Assembly: GCA_021399345.1 (NCBI GenBank)
Contig: JAAFKI010000112.1
Location: 1-64,000 of the forward strand
Reading direction: 5' to 3'
Source: Candidatus Heimdallarchaeota archaeon
GTDB lineage: Archaea > Asgardarchaeota > Heimdallarchaeia > Heimdallarchaeales > Heimdallarchaeaceae
DNA: 64,000 nucleotides
Of this stretch, positions 36,977-47,341 are shown piece by piece. Numbering within the stretch: position 1 is the first letter of the stretch; the number at the start of each line of letters is the position of its first letter. Made by a program: the position numbers and the translations under genes. Under the pieces are notes generated by a model, which had not been told where the DNA came from, searched no databases, and saw nothing but the letters and a program-made list of their open reading frames with translations.

Positions 36977-38995
36977 TTACATATTAACCATATCTGAATC
37001 TCCGGGGATGAATGGTAAAAAGTCATTTACAGTCAACGCATCAATTTTGTATTTTTCTTCTTCTTGACATTGTGTGAGTAGTTTTCCTTTTACCTCTTTT
37101 ACAATTTTTCCCTTAGGAATATCCCCAGGTTTTATCTGAACATAAATATCTGTCTTACTGCTTATACTACTTGCAGGACCTCCAATCACTTGAGCATAGT
37201 TCTCATAAAGAATTACACCTATTGTATGATTTATTTCAATATTTTTGGAATAGGTTTTTTCACCATAGATCATTACACTTCCTTTAGCTAAGAATTGACC
37301 GGAGGGAGCCGTTAAACTAACTTGATCTGGAAGTACATGGTAAACATCTCCAACCAATTTTTTGCCCTTCCATAAACTAGAATAGTTAAGTGCAAAAGTA
37401 GCTATCTCTTTTATGCACTCATCAGAAAGACTACTTTGACCGTCTTTAACTACAACATAAGGAGCTCCATGAACATCAGCATGGAAGAATAAATCGTTAT
37501 CATCTAGATATGTTTTCAAGATTCTTTCATTCACTTTTGCATCAGTTCCTCCAATAACTATGTGTTCTTGACAAATGAACCAATGGAATTTCTCATACCA
37601 TTTCTTTGAGCGTTTGACAACCATAGGTTTGCTTTCCTTTTCTTTCACAATTACTTCTTTGGTTGATTCAGTATCTGCAATTTGGATTTTAGTCCGTTCT
37701 ATTGCTTGTAATGCTCCAGGTATTTTTCTTCTGCCTTTCTTAGCCTTTTCATAGAATAAATTTGCACTTTCAGTTAATGTTCTAGTGAAATCTAATTCAA
37801 GCAATTCATGATTCCCTGATTCAGTATCTAGAAGTTTAACAATAATTGATTTTGTTTTGGGTTCTATTTTCTCCAAAATCATAGCAGAAGGGATTTCTTT
37901 TTCTTTTGCTAATGATAATTTAGCCATTATTTCCTCCCAAGGAACATCAGACCTTCTAGCCTGTAAAATTGTAGTTAAAAGCTCTTCTACATTAACAAAA
38001 CTAGAATAGATTAAATCACCTTTCTTTTTCTCATCAATTTCTTGATTTCTGAGTTTCTCTAAATGTTTCTCTTGATTTGAAAGCTTCTTCTGATATTTTG
38101 CTAATTTACTAGAAACTTGTGACCTATCTTCAACAAATTCAGGTTCTTCTTCAAAGAGTGAAAAGAACTCATCAAGCTCATCATTAAATGAACTGACTTC
38201 TTCTTGTTCAAGGTCTTCATAACGGGAAAGAGGTATGGGAGTAACATCGACCATTTCACCCTCATCTAAGTATTTGATTGGTTCGTAGTCATTGTTATTA
38301 ATAATTTCTTGAAGGGATAGAATTTCGTCACATAATTTCTTAATTTCATTCTCTTTTAGTTCTTCTGAGTTCTTTGAAACTATCCCTGCACGAGCAAGTA
38401 CTTCTTTTGAGTAAATAGGTCCCAAATCCATCATTTCATTTAGAACAGCAATAATTTTACCTGAAGAATTAGTGATCTTTTCAATAGTAGTGGATTCAGT
38501 AAGATTAGAGATGTTATCTGTAGATGCAGGTGGAAAAATGTATTCTTTTCCAGGATGAATATCACGAGCTCTCATTCTTCGGTATTTGTATGCAAGAATA
38601 ATTTTGTCATTAGGACCGATTAAAATGAGATTTCCATTCCCAAAGAGTTCAACTACAAGCTTGTAAAATCCGCCTTTGTATGCAATTTCAATAACAATTA
38701 CCCTATCAATTTTTCTTTGATAAAAATTCTTAACTGGTAAATCCCTAATATGCTTCCTCATCGATAGGACTTTATTGTTAGGCGTAGTAGGTTTCTTTCT
38801 CTCATAGTTGGTTATATGGATTCGCTTTCCTGGTTCTATTAAGAGTTCGAAAGGACTTTCTGTTGACTTGCGAAACCTTAATATAACCAAATTTTCCCCG
38901 ATTGAATAAATATTGTTAACCCAGCTGTCAACAATCTTTGGCCGTATTTCATCGACCAAAGCAGCTAAGTCAATGCTTGATAATGAAGTCTTCAT
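36977..38995 (-). CDS. rqcH: Ribosome quality-control factor Rqc2/NEMF (RqcH)
   Basis: DRVI, VELFGNGN, KWYEKFHWF, GG.DA..NE, HAD.HGAP, APSGQFL.KGS. Confidence 0.93.
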   Translation of the reverse strand: MKTSLSSIDLAALVDEIRPKIVDSWVNNIYSIGENLVILRFRKSTESPFELLIEPGKRIHITNYERKKPTTPNNKVLSMRKHIRDLPVKNFYQRKIDRVIVIEIAYKGGFYKLVVELFGNGNLILIGPNDKIILAYKYRRMRARDIHPGKEYIFPPASTDNISNLTESTTIEKITNSSGKIIAVLNEMMDLGPIYSKEVLARAGIVSKNSEELKENEIKKLCDEILSLQEIINNNDYEPIKYLDEGEMVDVTPIPLSRYEDLEQEEVSSFNDELDEFFSLFEEEPEFVEDRSQVSSKLAKYQKKLSNQEKHLEKLRNQEIDEKKKGDLIYSSFVNVEELLTTILQARRSDVPWEEIMAKLSLAKEKEIPSAMILEKIEPKTKSIIVKLLDTESGNHELLELDFTRTLTESANLFYEKAKKGRRKIPGALQAIERTKIQIADTESTKEVIVKEKESKPMVVKRSKKWYEKFHWFICQEHIVIGGTDAKVNERILKTYLDDNDLFFHADVHGAPYVVVKDGQSSLSDECIKEIATFALNYSSLWKGKKLVGDVYHVLPDQVSLTAPSGQFLAKGSVMIYGEKTYSKNIEINHTIGVILYENYAQVIGGPASSISSKTDIYVQIKPGDIPKGKIVKEVKGKLLTQCQEEEKYKIDALTVNDFLPFIPGDSDMVNM

Positions 38996-39006
38996 TGAAA
39001 TCACCG

Positions 39007-39441
39007 GTGAGTAAATTGCATCTTGATGTAAAAGGAATATTTATCCGAATTAAAAGTTATTTGAAAGGTAAGATATCCCGAGGATATAAGAAAACAAAAG
39101 AGGGATTGAAACCTAAAAACATTCTTGAAAAAATTAAGAATATGCCTACGCTTGATAAGGTTTACTGGTCCAAAGTTCTTACAGCATTTGTTGGTGGAAT
39201 CATCTTTGGTGCGTCTAATTTTACAGCATGGCCTGCTGGATTAACAATGTTAGCTATATTTTTAGGACTTTCTACTTTCTGGTTTCTAAAATATAGAAAG
39301 ATAGAAACAGGAATTAAAGTACGCCAATATTATATGTCTGCCATGTTTCAGTATTTCCTAACATTTGTAGCTGTATGGGCTCTTATATGGAATATAATAT
39401 ATGTTCCCCCAACTAATTGGTTTTTCCCAGTTAAAGGATAA
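39007..39441 (+). CDS. EMC6/Rab5ip-like three-TM protein
   Basis: DKVYWSKV.....GGI.FG and FLTFVAVWALIWN resemble the EMC6/RAB5IF pattern; start uncertain (GTG 39007 or ATG 39142). Confidence 0.6.
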   Translation: MSKLHLDVKGIFIRIKSYLKGKISRGYKKTKEGLKPKNILEKIKNMPTLDKVYWSKVLTAFVGGIIFGASNFTAWPAGLTMLAIFLGLSTFWFLKYRKIETGIKVRQYYMSAMFQYFLTFVAVWALIWNIIYVPPTNWFFPVKG

Positions 39442-39465
39442 GTAAAATATCTAGGGTGAGATCAA

Positions 39466-39786
39466 ATGAGCTCAAAGAAGAGAAAAAAAGAACCTGAACC
39501 GGAAACTGAAATCAAACTTCCAAGGATGCAAAGACCAAAATTCAAACTATTTTATACAATGGCGGTCATAAGTTTCTTCAGTTTAGGTATAATTCTTCTT
39601 ATTCTTTCATATTCAGTTTGGTCCGATAATTCCTATGCTATGTTCATCGCACTCGGAGTCCTTGGGGTTGGAATTATTCTTCTTACCATGAGATCCTCAC
39701 ACAGAGGTTCTTCTCCCTCAAGTGATAAACAAGAAGAAGAAAAGGAAAAAGATAAGGACACTCTTAAAATGAGAACTCGAAGATGA
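39466..39786 (+). CDS. Two-TM hypothetical membrane protein
   Basis: GGGTGA SD-like site upstream; two hydrophobic helices with charged termini. Confidence 0.7.
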   Translation: MSSKKRKKEPEPETEIKLPRMQRPKFKLFYTMAVISFFSLGIILLILSYSVWSDNSYAMFIALGVLGVGIILLTMRSSHRGSSPSSDKQEEEKEKDKDTLKMRTRR

Positions 39787-39873
39787 ATTTTTTTCTTATC
39801 TTAACACCAAACACTTTTATTTAGTAATACTATGGAGTTACCAACAATCAAATATTCCGACAAAAATTGTTAG

Positions 39874-40245
39874 TTGAACGATATGGATGAATTAGGATTT
39901 CAGGAAAAAGTTGGTCAATTTCTTAATAGATATGGTAAAGTAAAGAGATTAAATGAAGATAAGATAGATAATAGTGGCAGAATTTTACCATATATTGTAG
40001 AAAATGAAGATCAAAAATTTGCAGTTTTTGCCTATCATTGGAAGAAGAGTATAGGAACCAATACAATCATCAGAACTGAGCATAAAATTAGTGATATGAA
40101 TTGTGATGGGGCCATAATCATTGGTAATAGATTTTCACAAAATGCCTATGATATGGTTAGTGACACAAATAAAAGAAGAACTACAAGAATCATCCTCATC
40201 AAGATGAATGAGATGGAAGAAATCCTAAACATTAAAGCATCATAA
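39874..40245 (+). CDS. Mrr-like restriction-endonuclease-fold protein, probably inactive
   Basis: F...V...L, WKKSIG, GAIII...FS..A and IILI pattern of Mrr_cat; catalytic D and (Q/E)xK not evident. Confidence 0.55.
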   Translation: MNDMDELGFQEKVGQFLNRYGKVKRLNEDKIDNSGRILPYIVENEDQKFAVFAYHWKKSIGTNTIIRTEHKISDMNCDGAIIIGNRFSQNAYDMVSDTNKRRTTRIILIKMNEMEEILNIKAS

Positions 40246-40406
40246 TATGCTGTCCATTAGGAAGGAAAAATAAATAATACCCAAATGGATGTTTTATGTG
40301 TAGATAATATAGTAGAGGCTTTATTTTTCAAATATTTCTGTAACTTGTAATTCAACAAACATTACAGAAACATTAAAAAGCAGACAATATAAATTTACTT
40401 TGACTA

Positions 40407-41066
40407 ATGATTTCGCAGATACGAGAACCACTTTCAAAACTCGCCCAGCCTATAATTATTTTCTTTGCGAAAATGAAAATTCACCCAACTGTCTTCACAT
40501 ATATTGGTTTGTTATTATCAGTAGGAGCAGGTGTTTTTCTTGCTTATGAAAATCCTCTAGTTGGATTTATTTTTATTTGGTTTGCTGGTGCAATGGATTT
40601 CGTCGATGGTGGTGTAGCAAGATATAGGGGTTTAGATTCAAAGAAAGGATCCTTCATTGATAGTGTCATCGATAGAGTAAGTGATTTAGCAGTCTTTACA
40701 GGTATAATCTTCAGTGACTGGGTAGATGGAGTAACCGGCGGTATAATGGTAGGTTCAGCTCTTCTAATCAGTTATGTTCGAGCCAAAGGCGAGAGCGTAG
40801 GAGTCGAAAGAATGACTGTAGGCATTATGGAAAGAGCAGAAAGATGGATGGTTTTGATGGTATTACTGTTTGTAGCAGTAATTGTTCCAAATCAAGCATT
40901 CATAACAGAAAGATGGTTGATTGCAGGAGAGCCTATTTCATATTTCTCTCTAGGATATATGATTTTAACAGCTCTGTGTGTTCTAACAGTACTTCAAAGG
41001 TTCATCTATGTATCAATTCAACTTAAAAAAGCAGAACCTTCACAAGAGGTCCAAGTACAAAAATAG
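40407..41066 (+). CDS. CDP-alcohol phosphatidyltransferase (archaetidylinositol phosphate synthase-like)
   Basis: D.VDG.VAR......KG..IDS..DR..D, SYVRAKGE, GIMERAER. Confidence 0.92.
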   Translation: MISQIREPLSKLAQPIIIFFAKMKIHPTVFTYIGLLLSVGAGVFLAYENPLVGFIFIWFAGAMDFVDGGVARYRGLDSKKGSFIDSVIDRVSDLAVFTGIIFSDWVDGVTGGIMVGSALLISYVRAKGESVGVERMTVGIMERAERWMVLMVLLFVAVIVPNQAFITERWLIAGEPISYFSLGYMILTALCVLTVLQRFIYVSIQLKKAEPSQEVQVQK

Positions 41067-41195
41067 AAAACAAACTGTTTCTTTTTTTTATTATTCCATG
41101 TTTTAGACATTCAAATATGCCTAGAACACAGATTTGACCCGAAGGATAAATGTTTTATAGTTAAGAACATTTGGGACATCAGAAATGGTGATTTT

Positions 41196-41513
41196 TTGGC
41201 TAATAAAGGTAGAAAGAACAAGAAACAAAATATTAACGACTTGAAAGCTGATAAACAAAAAGAACCAATTAAAGATTTTTCACAAACAAAAGATATAGTT
41301 AAAGCTCTATCTGGAGAAATAGGGCCTTTAGTAGATCAGCTTCTTGGAGCAGTCTACAATGTCGAGGTTGCAGAAGATTTTGCTGACTCCTTAATTCAAA
41401 TTTACAAAAAACTAAGGGATGAAGGAATTACTAAAACAACAGCAGAAAAAATACTTTGTGAATATTCATCCAATGTAGACCGGTTTGCTTCTATGTTGAA
41501 GAAAAAAGAATGA
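41196..41513 (+). CDS. Hypothetical helical protein
   Basis: TTG start after GGTGA SD-like site; IYKKL.DEG helical motif. Confidence 0.6.
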   Translation: MANKGRKNKKQNINDLKADKQKEPIKDFSQTKDIVKALSGEIGPLVDQLLGAVYNVEVAEDFADSLIQIYKKLRDEGITKTTAEKILCEYSSNVDRFASMLKKKE

Positions 41514-41963
41514 TCACCAAACAAAACATTTCCTATTAACCAAGTTTAAACAAGGGATATATTTCCAAAAAAATAACAACTGAGGTACAAAAATGTGTAT
41601 ATTTTCAACATTTAATCTAATAACTACTTTGTATTATGGTATTGCACTTAGAATAAAACTCAGTTGGTACTCCAGAAAGAAACGCAAGAAGAAAAAGATG
41701 ATTAAAATTTTCTTAGTTAACAAACTAGAAAAGGAAAGATATACTAGAAAAAATATTGAAAAAATAGCAGAAAATTATCTTAAAATCGGTGATATCTTTT
41801 TTGATCAAAAAAATATGCGTACTGCATTTAGAGTCAATCGATTATCAATTCCAAAAAAAACTAAGAGTAAAAACAAGAACTGAGAACCTTTTTGTCTGAA
41901 AAGCAGTTTATCCATTTCAAAATCTTTATTTTAGTGAAAGAAAACTCTAAATTGGGTTATTCT

Positions 41964-42650
41964 ATGTCCAAACCAAAGAAGTATAAAGGTGAAACTATCT
42001 ATGATTATGTTCCCGACTATTATCCAACTACAAATGTAGACAATCCTGTTTTTACAAAACTACCTCCAGGAAGAAAGGATTCAAGGATGAAAGATGTTGA
42101 AAGAGAACTTGTACAATATTGGGAGATTATCCATCCAATGGTGAGAGAATATCTAATCACAGTGGTTAGATATATGAATGAGTTTGGAGAAGGATCTGAG
42201 GATCTCGAACATCTAAGAAGATCTCTAGATTTGGAATTAACAAACTCATCTGAGTTATCTGAAGAAAACAGACAACTGAAAGCTCAAATTTCTGATTTAG
42301 TTGTTGAGAAGAAATCTTTGGATGAGAGAGTAAATGATCTTATAGAAGCAAGACCACAAGCATCAGCAGAGGAAATTAATGCCATGAAACTTCTTGTTTC
42401 ATCACAAACAGATTTATCAGTAGCTGATATTGACGAGAAAATGAGAAAAGCAGTTCAAGAAGTCAGAGAAAGCGTAGAGATGAAAAAAGCTAATGAGGAT
42501 CGAGCTAAGATGAAAAAGGAACTTGAGGAAGCAAAAGTGCACTTTGAGAAAACTCAAACTGAAGTAGGTACAACATTTCAGAAGAAACTACTAGAAGCTC
42601 AGACTAGAATAGATGAACTAGAAGAGAAATTAGCTCAGTATAAAGAGTAA
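41964..42650 (+). CDS. Coiled-coil protein
   Basis: Long heptad-rich E/K/L region; stop overlaps the next ATG (TAATG). Confidence 0.75.
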   Translation: MSKPKKYKGETIYDYVPDYYPTTNVDNPVFTKLPPGRKDSRMKDVERELVQYWEIIHPMVREYLITVVRYMNEFGEGSEDLEHLRRSLDLELTNSSELSEENRQLKAQISDLVVEKKSLDERVNDLIEARPQASAEEINAMKLLVSSQTDLSVADIDEKMRKAVQEVRESVEMKKANEDRAKMKKELEEAKVHFEKTQTEVGTTFQKKLLEAQTRIDELEEKLAQYKE

Positions 42651-43420
42651 TGAGGATGAATAATTTGCGCAAATGGAATTTCAAAGTAGTTTTAGCAGGA
42701 CCAGGAGCTGTTGGCAAAACCTCTATTCGAGAAAGATATATGGGAAAGGGGTTTGAGTCCAGTTATCTCAAAACTATTGGTGCTGATTTTGCAAGTAAAA
42801 AAATACAAAAAGAAGAAGACCTGATTACATTTCAAATCTGGGATTTAGCTGGTCAAGACAGCTATCAAGTTGTTCGAAGTACCTTCTATAAGGGAGCCAT
42901 TGCAGGAATTCTTGTTTTTGATTGTAAAGATCCCAGTACAATGACTAACCTAAAAGAATGGTTAGATGAAGCTATCAAAGGGTCAAATAACGGCATTCTT
43001 GTTTATATTGTCATTGCTAACAAAATCGATTTAGAAGAAGAGAGACGGGTTTCTCGTGATATGGCTTTAGAGTTTTGTAATCGTATGAAAACTGAAACAG
43101 GCATTCGTTTTTATTACAGTGAAACCAGTGCTTTAACTGGACAAAACATACAAGAAACTTTTGAATTTCTTTCTGACAAATTACTTGAAGTTAACAACAT
43201 AAAGGATGCAGTACCTTTTGCAAAAACTAATAGTATCATTGATCTTGATGATTATGATGAAAAACCAAAAGAGGTTTCAACTGTTTCAGTTTCTTCAGAT
43301 TCAGTTTCTCGAGATGAATTCACTGAACTTCAGGATAGAATACATATAATTGAAGAGAGATTAAATACTATTCAAGCAATAATTAAGAAAATAGTTGAAA
43401 AAATTCAAGAAGAGGAATAG
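42650..43420 (+). CDS. Rab-like small GTPase with C-terminal coiled coil
   Basis: GPGAVGKT, YLKTIGADF, IWDLAGQ, FYKGA, NKID, ETSA. Confidence 0.9.
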   Translation: MRMNNLRKWNFKVVLAGPGAVGKTSIRERYMGKGFESSYLKTIGADFASKKIQKEEDLITFQIWDLAGQDSYQVVRSTFYKGAIAGILVFDCKDPSTMTNLKEWLDEAIKGSNNGILVYIVIANKIDLEEERRVSRDMALEFCNRMKTETGIRFYYSETSALTGQNIQETFEFLSDKLLEVNNIKDAVPFAKTNSIIDLDDYDEKPKEVSTVSVSSDSVSRDEFTELQDRIHIIEERLNTIQAIIKKIVEKIQEEE

Positions 43421-43431
43421 AGTTTTACACT

Positions 43432-44712
43432 CTATATAACAACCTTTTTTCCACAGTCAGTACAAAATTCTGCTCCGTCTATCATTAATGCAGAACAAGC
43501 TGGACATCTTTCTTCTCTTTCACCACTAAAATGTCTTGATTCAGTTTCTGTATTATTTTTCTTTTCACTTTCTGATTGAGAAGAAGAATATTTGCTCTTT
43601 ATCCAACTTAGACTAGGTGGTTCCACATATTCTTTGATCAATCCTTCATAGTAGTAAATACCATTTATATCCACAAAACTTCCAACAATTACACTAACTG
43701 AAAAGAAGAGGAAGACTAAGCAACCTATAGCATAGTCTGAACCTGAAACTGCTGATTCAACAGCTGGTGAAAAAAGGCTAAGAAAGATCTTAGAAAATGA
43801 ATTTAATCCTGCAATAAGTATTGAAGCTGGTACCAAGAAGGATATCAACCCACTTTGAATAATACGTTTCAGGCTATATTTTGGAAATTGGAAAGCATCC
43901 AAAAAACTCTGAAAAATGCTAGATTCTCGAAGTGAAGATAGTATTTTAGCTATTCTGAATATGGGTGATATAATAGAGAGAACAATTGCTGTTAATAAGA
44001 AGGGCAAGTAGATAGCAATATTCTGATTTGATCCCTGAGAGATTCCTTGAAATATCTTAACAAATGTTATTGATATGGCACCAATAGTAACTATTTGAAT
44101 TAAATAAATTAGACCATAGGTAAATATGTTTGAATTCTTAGCTTCTGAACTATTATCTTTCCAATTCCTTATAGTTTTTGCAATTCTATTATTAAACACA
44201 TAAATCAGAAACGTAATTGCAAAGAATGAAAGAATTGTAAACAACAAAGATGCCAATGAAACTGGAAGAATACCAAGCACCAATAACAGTGATAAATTAA
44301 TAAAAATAATCAGCGCTAGCGAGGTTAAAACACCTGAAGTCCCAATGAGAAACATCTCTCTAAGGGAGAGTTTTTTGAAAAATCTTAGTTGTAATTTAGG
44401 GGGTTTGAAGTTATCGCTATAGCTTATATGCCCCTTCATTCTCAATGGAACAAGTGAATCAGAAGCATTCCATGCAAATTGAGTTGAATCTGCCACAAAA
44501 TCTCCTCTTTCGGTTTTAGTTTCTATTGGTTCATCTCTAAAAGAAGGTCGAGATGTGGGGTTGTTTGATGGAAAATCGTACGGTGATTCAGTGGTTGGTG
44601 CAACTTTTGCTATTTGTGTTTCCAACTCTGTTCCGCAAATAGGACAAAATACTACTTTTATCGGGAATGTAGAGTAACATATAGGACATCTCTTATCAGA
44701 AATACTACTCAC
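43432..44712 (-). CDS. Membrane protein with N- and C-terminal zinc ribbons
   Basis: CPIC...FCPICG at the N-terminus, CPAC...FCTDCG at the C-terminus, about six TM helices. Confidence 0.8.
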   Translation of the reverse strand: MSSISDKRCPICYSTFPIKVVFCPICGTELETQIAKVAPTTESPYDFPSNNPTSRPSFRDEPIETKTERGDFVADSTQFAWNASDSLVPLRMKGHISYSDNFKPPKLQLRFFKKLSLREMFLIGTSGVLTSLALIIFINLSLLLVLGILPVSLASLLFTILSFFAITFLIYVFNNRIAKTIRNWKDNSSEAKNSNIFTYGLIYLIQIVTIGAISITFVKIFQGISQGSNQNIAIYLPFLLTAIVLSIISPIFRIAKILSSLRESSIFQSFLDAFQFPKYSLKRIIQSGLISFLVPASILIAGLNSFSKIFLSLFSPAVESAVSGSDYAIGCLVFLFFSVSVIVGSFVDINGIYYYEGLIKEYVEPPSLSWIKSKYSSSQSESEKKNNTETESRHFSGEREERCPACSALMIDGAEFCTDCGKKVVI

Positions 44713-44886
44713 CTTATACTTACATCTAGTATTTTATTTATATAACTGGGCAATACGTAGATATTTTTAGAGTAAATCTTCATCATAAAAAACTCCTTAA
44801 AAATATGGTTTCAAGCATTCACTCTCATTAAGCAATTTCGACTAGTTTAAATATTTCGAAGGTTGATAATAAATTGGTTATAAGAC

Positions 44887-46347
44887 ATGAGTGAATCCCC
44901 AAAAGAAAAACCTCAAACTCTTTCTGGTTATACTTCTTTAGTAAAAAAAATAGAGAATATAATCAACCAAATTACAGAAAACGAAGAATTAACTACAACA
45001 GAGGAGGAGGATCCACTTGAGCAGCAAGATTCAGAAATTGTAACTGAAAAAGAATCATCAGCAGAAGCAGTAATAAAAGTTGAAAAACAAACCTTACAAT
45101 TAGAAGAAAGTATTACAAAAGTTGCAGATGAAGAAAAGAAAGAAGTTCAAGCAGAGAAACTTCCAGATTTAGTGAAAATCGAGAATGAATTGGGAGAGTT
45201 ATATCCTGGAGCAGAAGTTCAAGTTACAGATTTTTACTATGCAAAAGATGAATTGCCTGATGATGAGATCAAAAAAAGGATTAAGAGCAAAATTCCTTCA
45301 TTAGAAGAAATAAACATCAAAAACAAGGAAAATTATGGTTTCCCATTTGTTCTCTGTAAACTCGAAGGGCATTACGAAGCAATAATTCCTATTAATCTAG
45401 AGAATATCAGTTTACCAACAATTCAACATGGTGTGAACAGACAATTTAAACTTCTTTTTGCTGGGACTGAAGAGGTTCTAGAGTTAACTCCAAGTGAAAA
45501 CGAGATATGGAATCAATCTTTTAATCGGTTCCAGATTAAGCTAACTCAACTTCTGAATACAAAAGTAAAAAGCAACCTGAGCAAGAAACCATACAAAATG
45601 AAACTCATCGATTTAGATTCTATTCTGATTAAAGACTTTATCAATGAATATCATAAGAAACTGAAAAATCTGCAGAATTATCAAGATGATATTCTATTGC
45701 ACTTACATGAGCTAATTGGAATAGTAGAAAGGCGAGAGGGTATTTGGAAAAACACAGATGATTTCAGTAAAACTAAGAAGATGCTTAAGCTACAAATGAT
45801 AGATTTTGAAAAGAAGAAAAAGAATCTGAGTAAAGAAACACAGATAGAATTTTTCAAACTTAAAAAAACACAGCGGAAGTTGGATGCTAGAACAAAGAAA
45901 TTCAAGCTAGATGAAAAAAGAAACAAGACAATAACAAGGGAAGAGAAAGAAGCATTAATCAACGATGTTAGAAAGTTCCAGAAGAAGAAAGCAGAAATAC
46001 AAAAGGAAATAGATCATGCAAAGAAGATAGATGAAACGTTGAAGGAATGGATAGAAATTCTAACTAGCTTGGGACTGGAAGAAGCAAATGCAAAGTTTTT
46101 GGAAGCTTTCTCAGAAGATTTTTCAAAAAACATCTTAGAGCTGCTAGAGCATGAAAATTTAGAAGAGTTTCTTGAAAAAGCATTTATTGAAAGTGCAGAT
46201 TTCTCGAATATTACTCTTCATGTCTTATATATTCCAACACTAATTTATTCTTTTAAAGCAAAGCAAGGGAGTCAAAAAATAGAAGGAAAAATACTCTATC
46301 TTGCTCCAGCACAAGAAACAATTTTTCTCAAGCCCCCAGTAGCTTAA
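44887..46347 (+). CDS. Hypothetical protein with acidic N-terminus and coiled-coil region
   Basis: 486 aa ORF with K/E-rich heptads. Confidence 0.65.
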   Translation: MSESPKEKPQTLSGYTSLVKKIENIINQITENEELTTTEEEDPLEQQDSEIVTEKESSAEAVIKVEKQTLQLEESITKVADEEKKEVQAEKLPDLVKIENELGELYPGAEVQVTDFYYAKDELPDDEIKKRIKSKIPSLEEINIKNKENYGFPFVLCKLEGHYEAIIPINLENISLPTIQHGVNRQFKLLFAGTEEVLELTPSENEIWNQSFNRFQIKLTQLLNTKVKSNLSKKPYKMKLIDLDSILIKDFINEYHKKLKNLQNYQDDILLHLHELIGIVERREGIWKNTDDFSKTKKMLKLQMIDFEKKKKNLSKETQIEFFKLKKTQRKLDARTKKFKLDEKRNKTITREEKEALINDVRKFQKKKAEIQKEIDHAKKIDETLKEWIEILTSLGLEEANAKFLEAFSEDFSKNILELLEHENLEEFLEKAFIESADFSNITLHVLYIPTLIYSFKAKQGSQKIEGKILYLAPAQETIFLKPPVA

Positions 46348-46416
46348 AACAAGACTGTTTTTTATTAAATAAAATAATATTTCTTTGAACAAGTTTATTA
46401 GTGCTTAATTGTCTGA

Positions 46417-47136
46417 ATGAGACAGATGACTGAAGAGATTGTTGTTTGTGAGAATTTATCAAAACGGTTTATAGTAGGAGATAGTGTTGTAAAAGCTGTA
46501 AACGGAGTGGATTTAACTTTTCATAGAAAAGAATTTACTTCAGTTGTTGGACCAAGCGGAAGTGGAAAAACAACTCTGTTAAATCTGATTGGAACACTGG
46601 AAATTCCAACTACTGGAAGGATAATAGTGAATGGTACAGATTTAAGTCATTTTTCTCCAGCAGATTTGACAGAATTTAGAAGAAAGAATCTAGGATTTGT
46701 TTTTCAATTTTTTAATCTGGTTGAAGGGTTAACAGGAAGGGAAAATGTTGAATTGCCATTGATTTTTGATGGAGTTCCATATGAAGTGAGACAAAAAAGA
46801 GTAGAAGACATTTTCAAGGAATTTGAAATAGAACATCTGTATAATAAGTTCCCAGAAGAATTAAGTTCAGGAGAAAGACAAAGAGTAGCTATTATGCGGG
46901 CGTTAATCAACGAGCCTATTTTACTTCTAGCAGACGAGCCGACAGGAAATCTAGACACAAATACAGGACAAACAGTACTGGATTTGTTCAAGCAACTCAA
47001 TGATGAGAGAGGGACATCAATAGCACTAGTAACACATGATCTATCAGCAGCAAAAAGAGCAAAAAGAATTTTACATATGCATGATGGAAAAATAACTTTT
47101 GACCAACAAAACTTGGATGAAGAACCAAAAGGATAG
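46417..47136 (+). CDS. ABC transporter ATP-binding protein (LolD-like)
   Basis: [30 protein letters not shown]. Confidence 0.93.
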   Translation: MRQMTEEIVVCENLSKRFIVGDSVVKAVNGVDLTFHRKEFTSVVGPSGSGKTTLLNLIGTLEIPTTGRIIVNGTDLSHFSPADLTEFRRKNLGFVFQFFNLVEGLTGRENVELPLIFDGVPYEVRQKRVEDIFKEFEIEHLYNKFPEELSSGERQRVAIMRALINEPILLLADEPTGNLDTNTGQTVLDLFKQLNDERGTSIALVTHDLSAAKRAKRILHMHDGKITFDQQNLDEEPKG

Positions 47137-47341
47137 AAGAATAGGCAAAATGAAGTAGAAGCCAAAAAGAGAGGGCAAGAGAGCAGAAAAGACCAATTTT
47201 GAGAAGTAACCCGAGACTTTTCTTACTTATATATATTTCCCCTAGTTTCTTCATAAGACTTAAAAATGCATAAACTGGCCATAAATATAATTAGTGACTC
47301 ACTAATACTCTTATGAGTATAAACTTCGCGGAGAAAAATAT

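Noticed and set aside
41593-41883. 96 aa K-rich ORF
   Set aside because: Low complexity with no recognisable motif; it may be a decayed fragment, so it is not called as a gene.
46997-47254. Minus-strand 85 aa ORF with a hydrophobic N-terminus
   Set aside because: It overlaps the 3' end of the LolD-like ATPase by 140 bp. It could be a remnant gene start, but the hydrophobicity is equally explained by the purine-rich plus strand.
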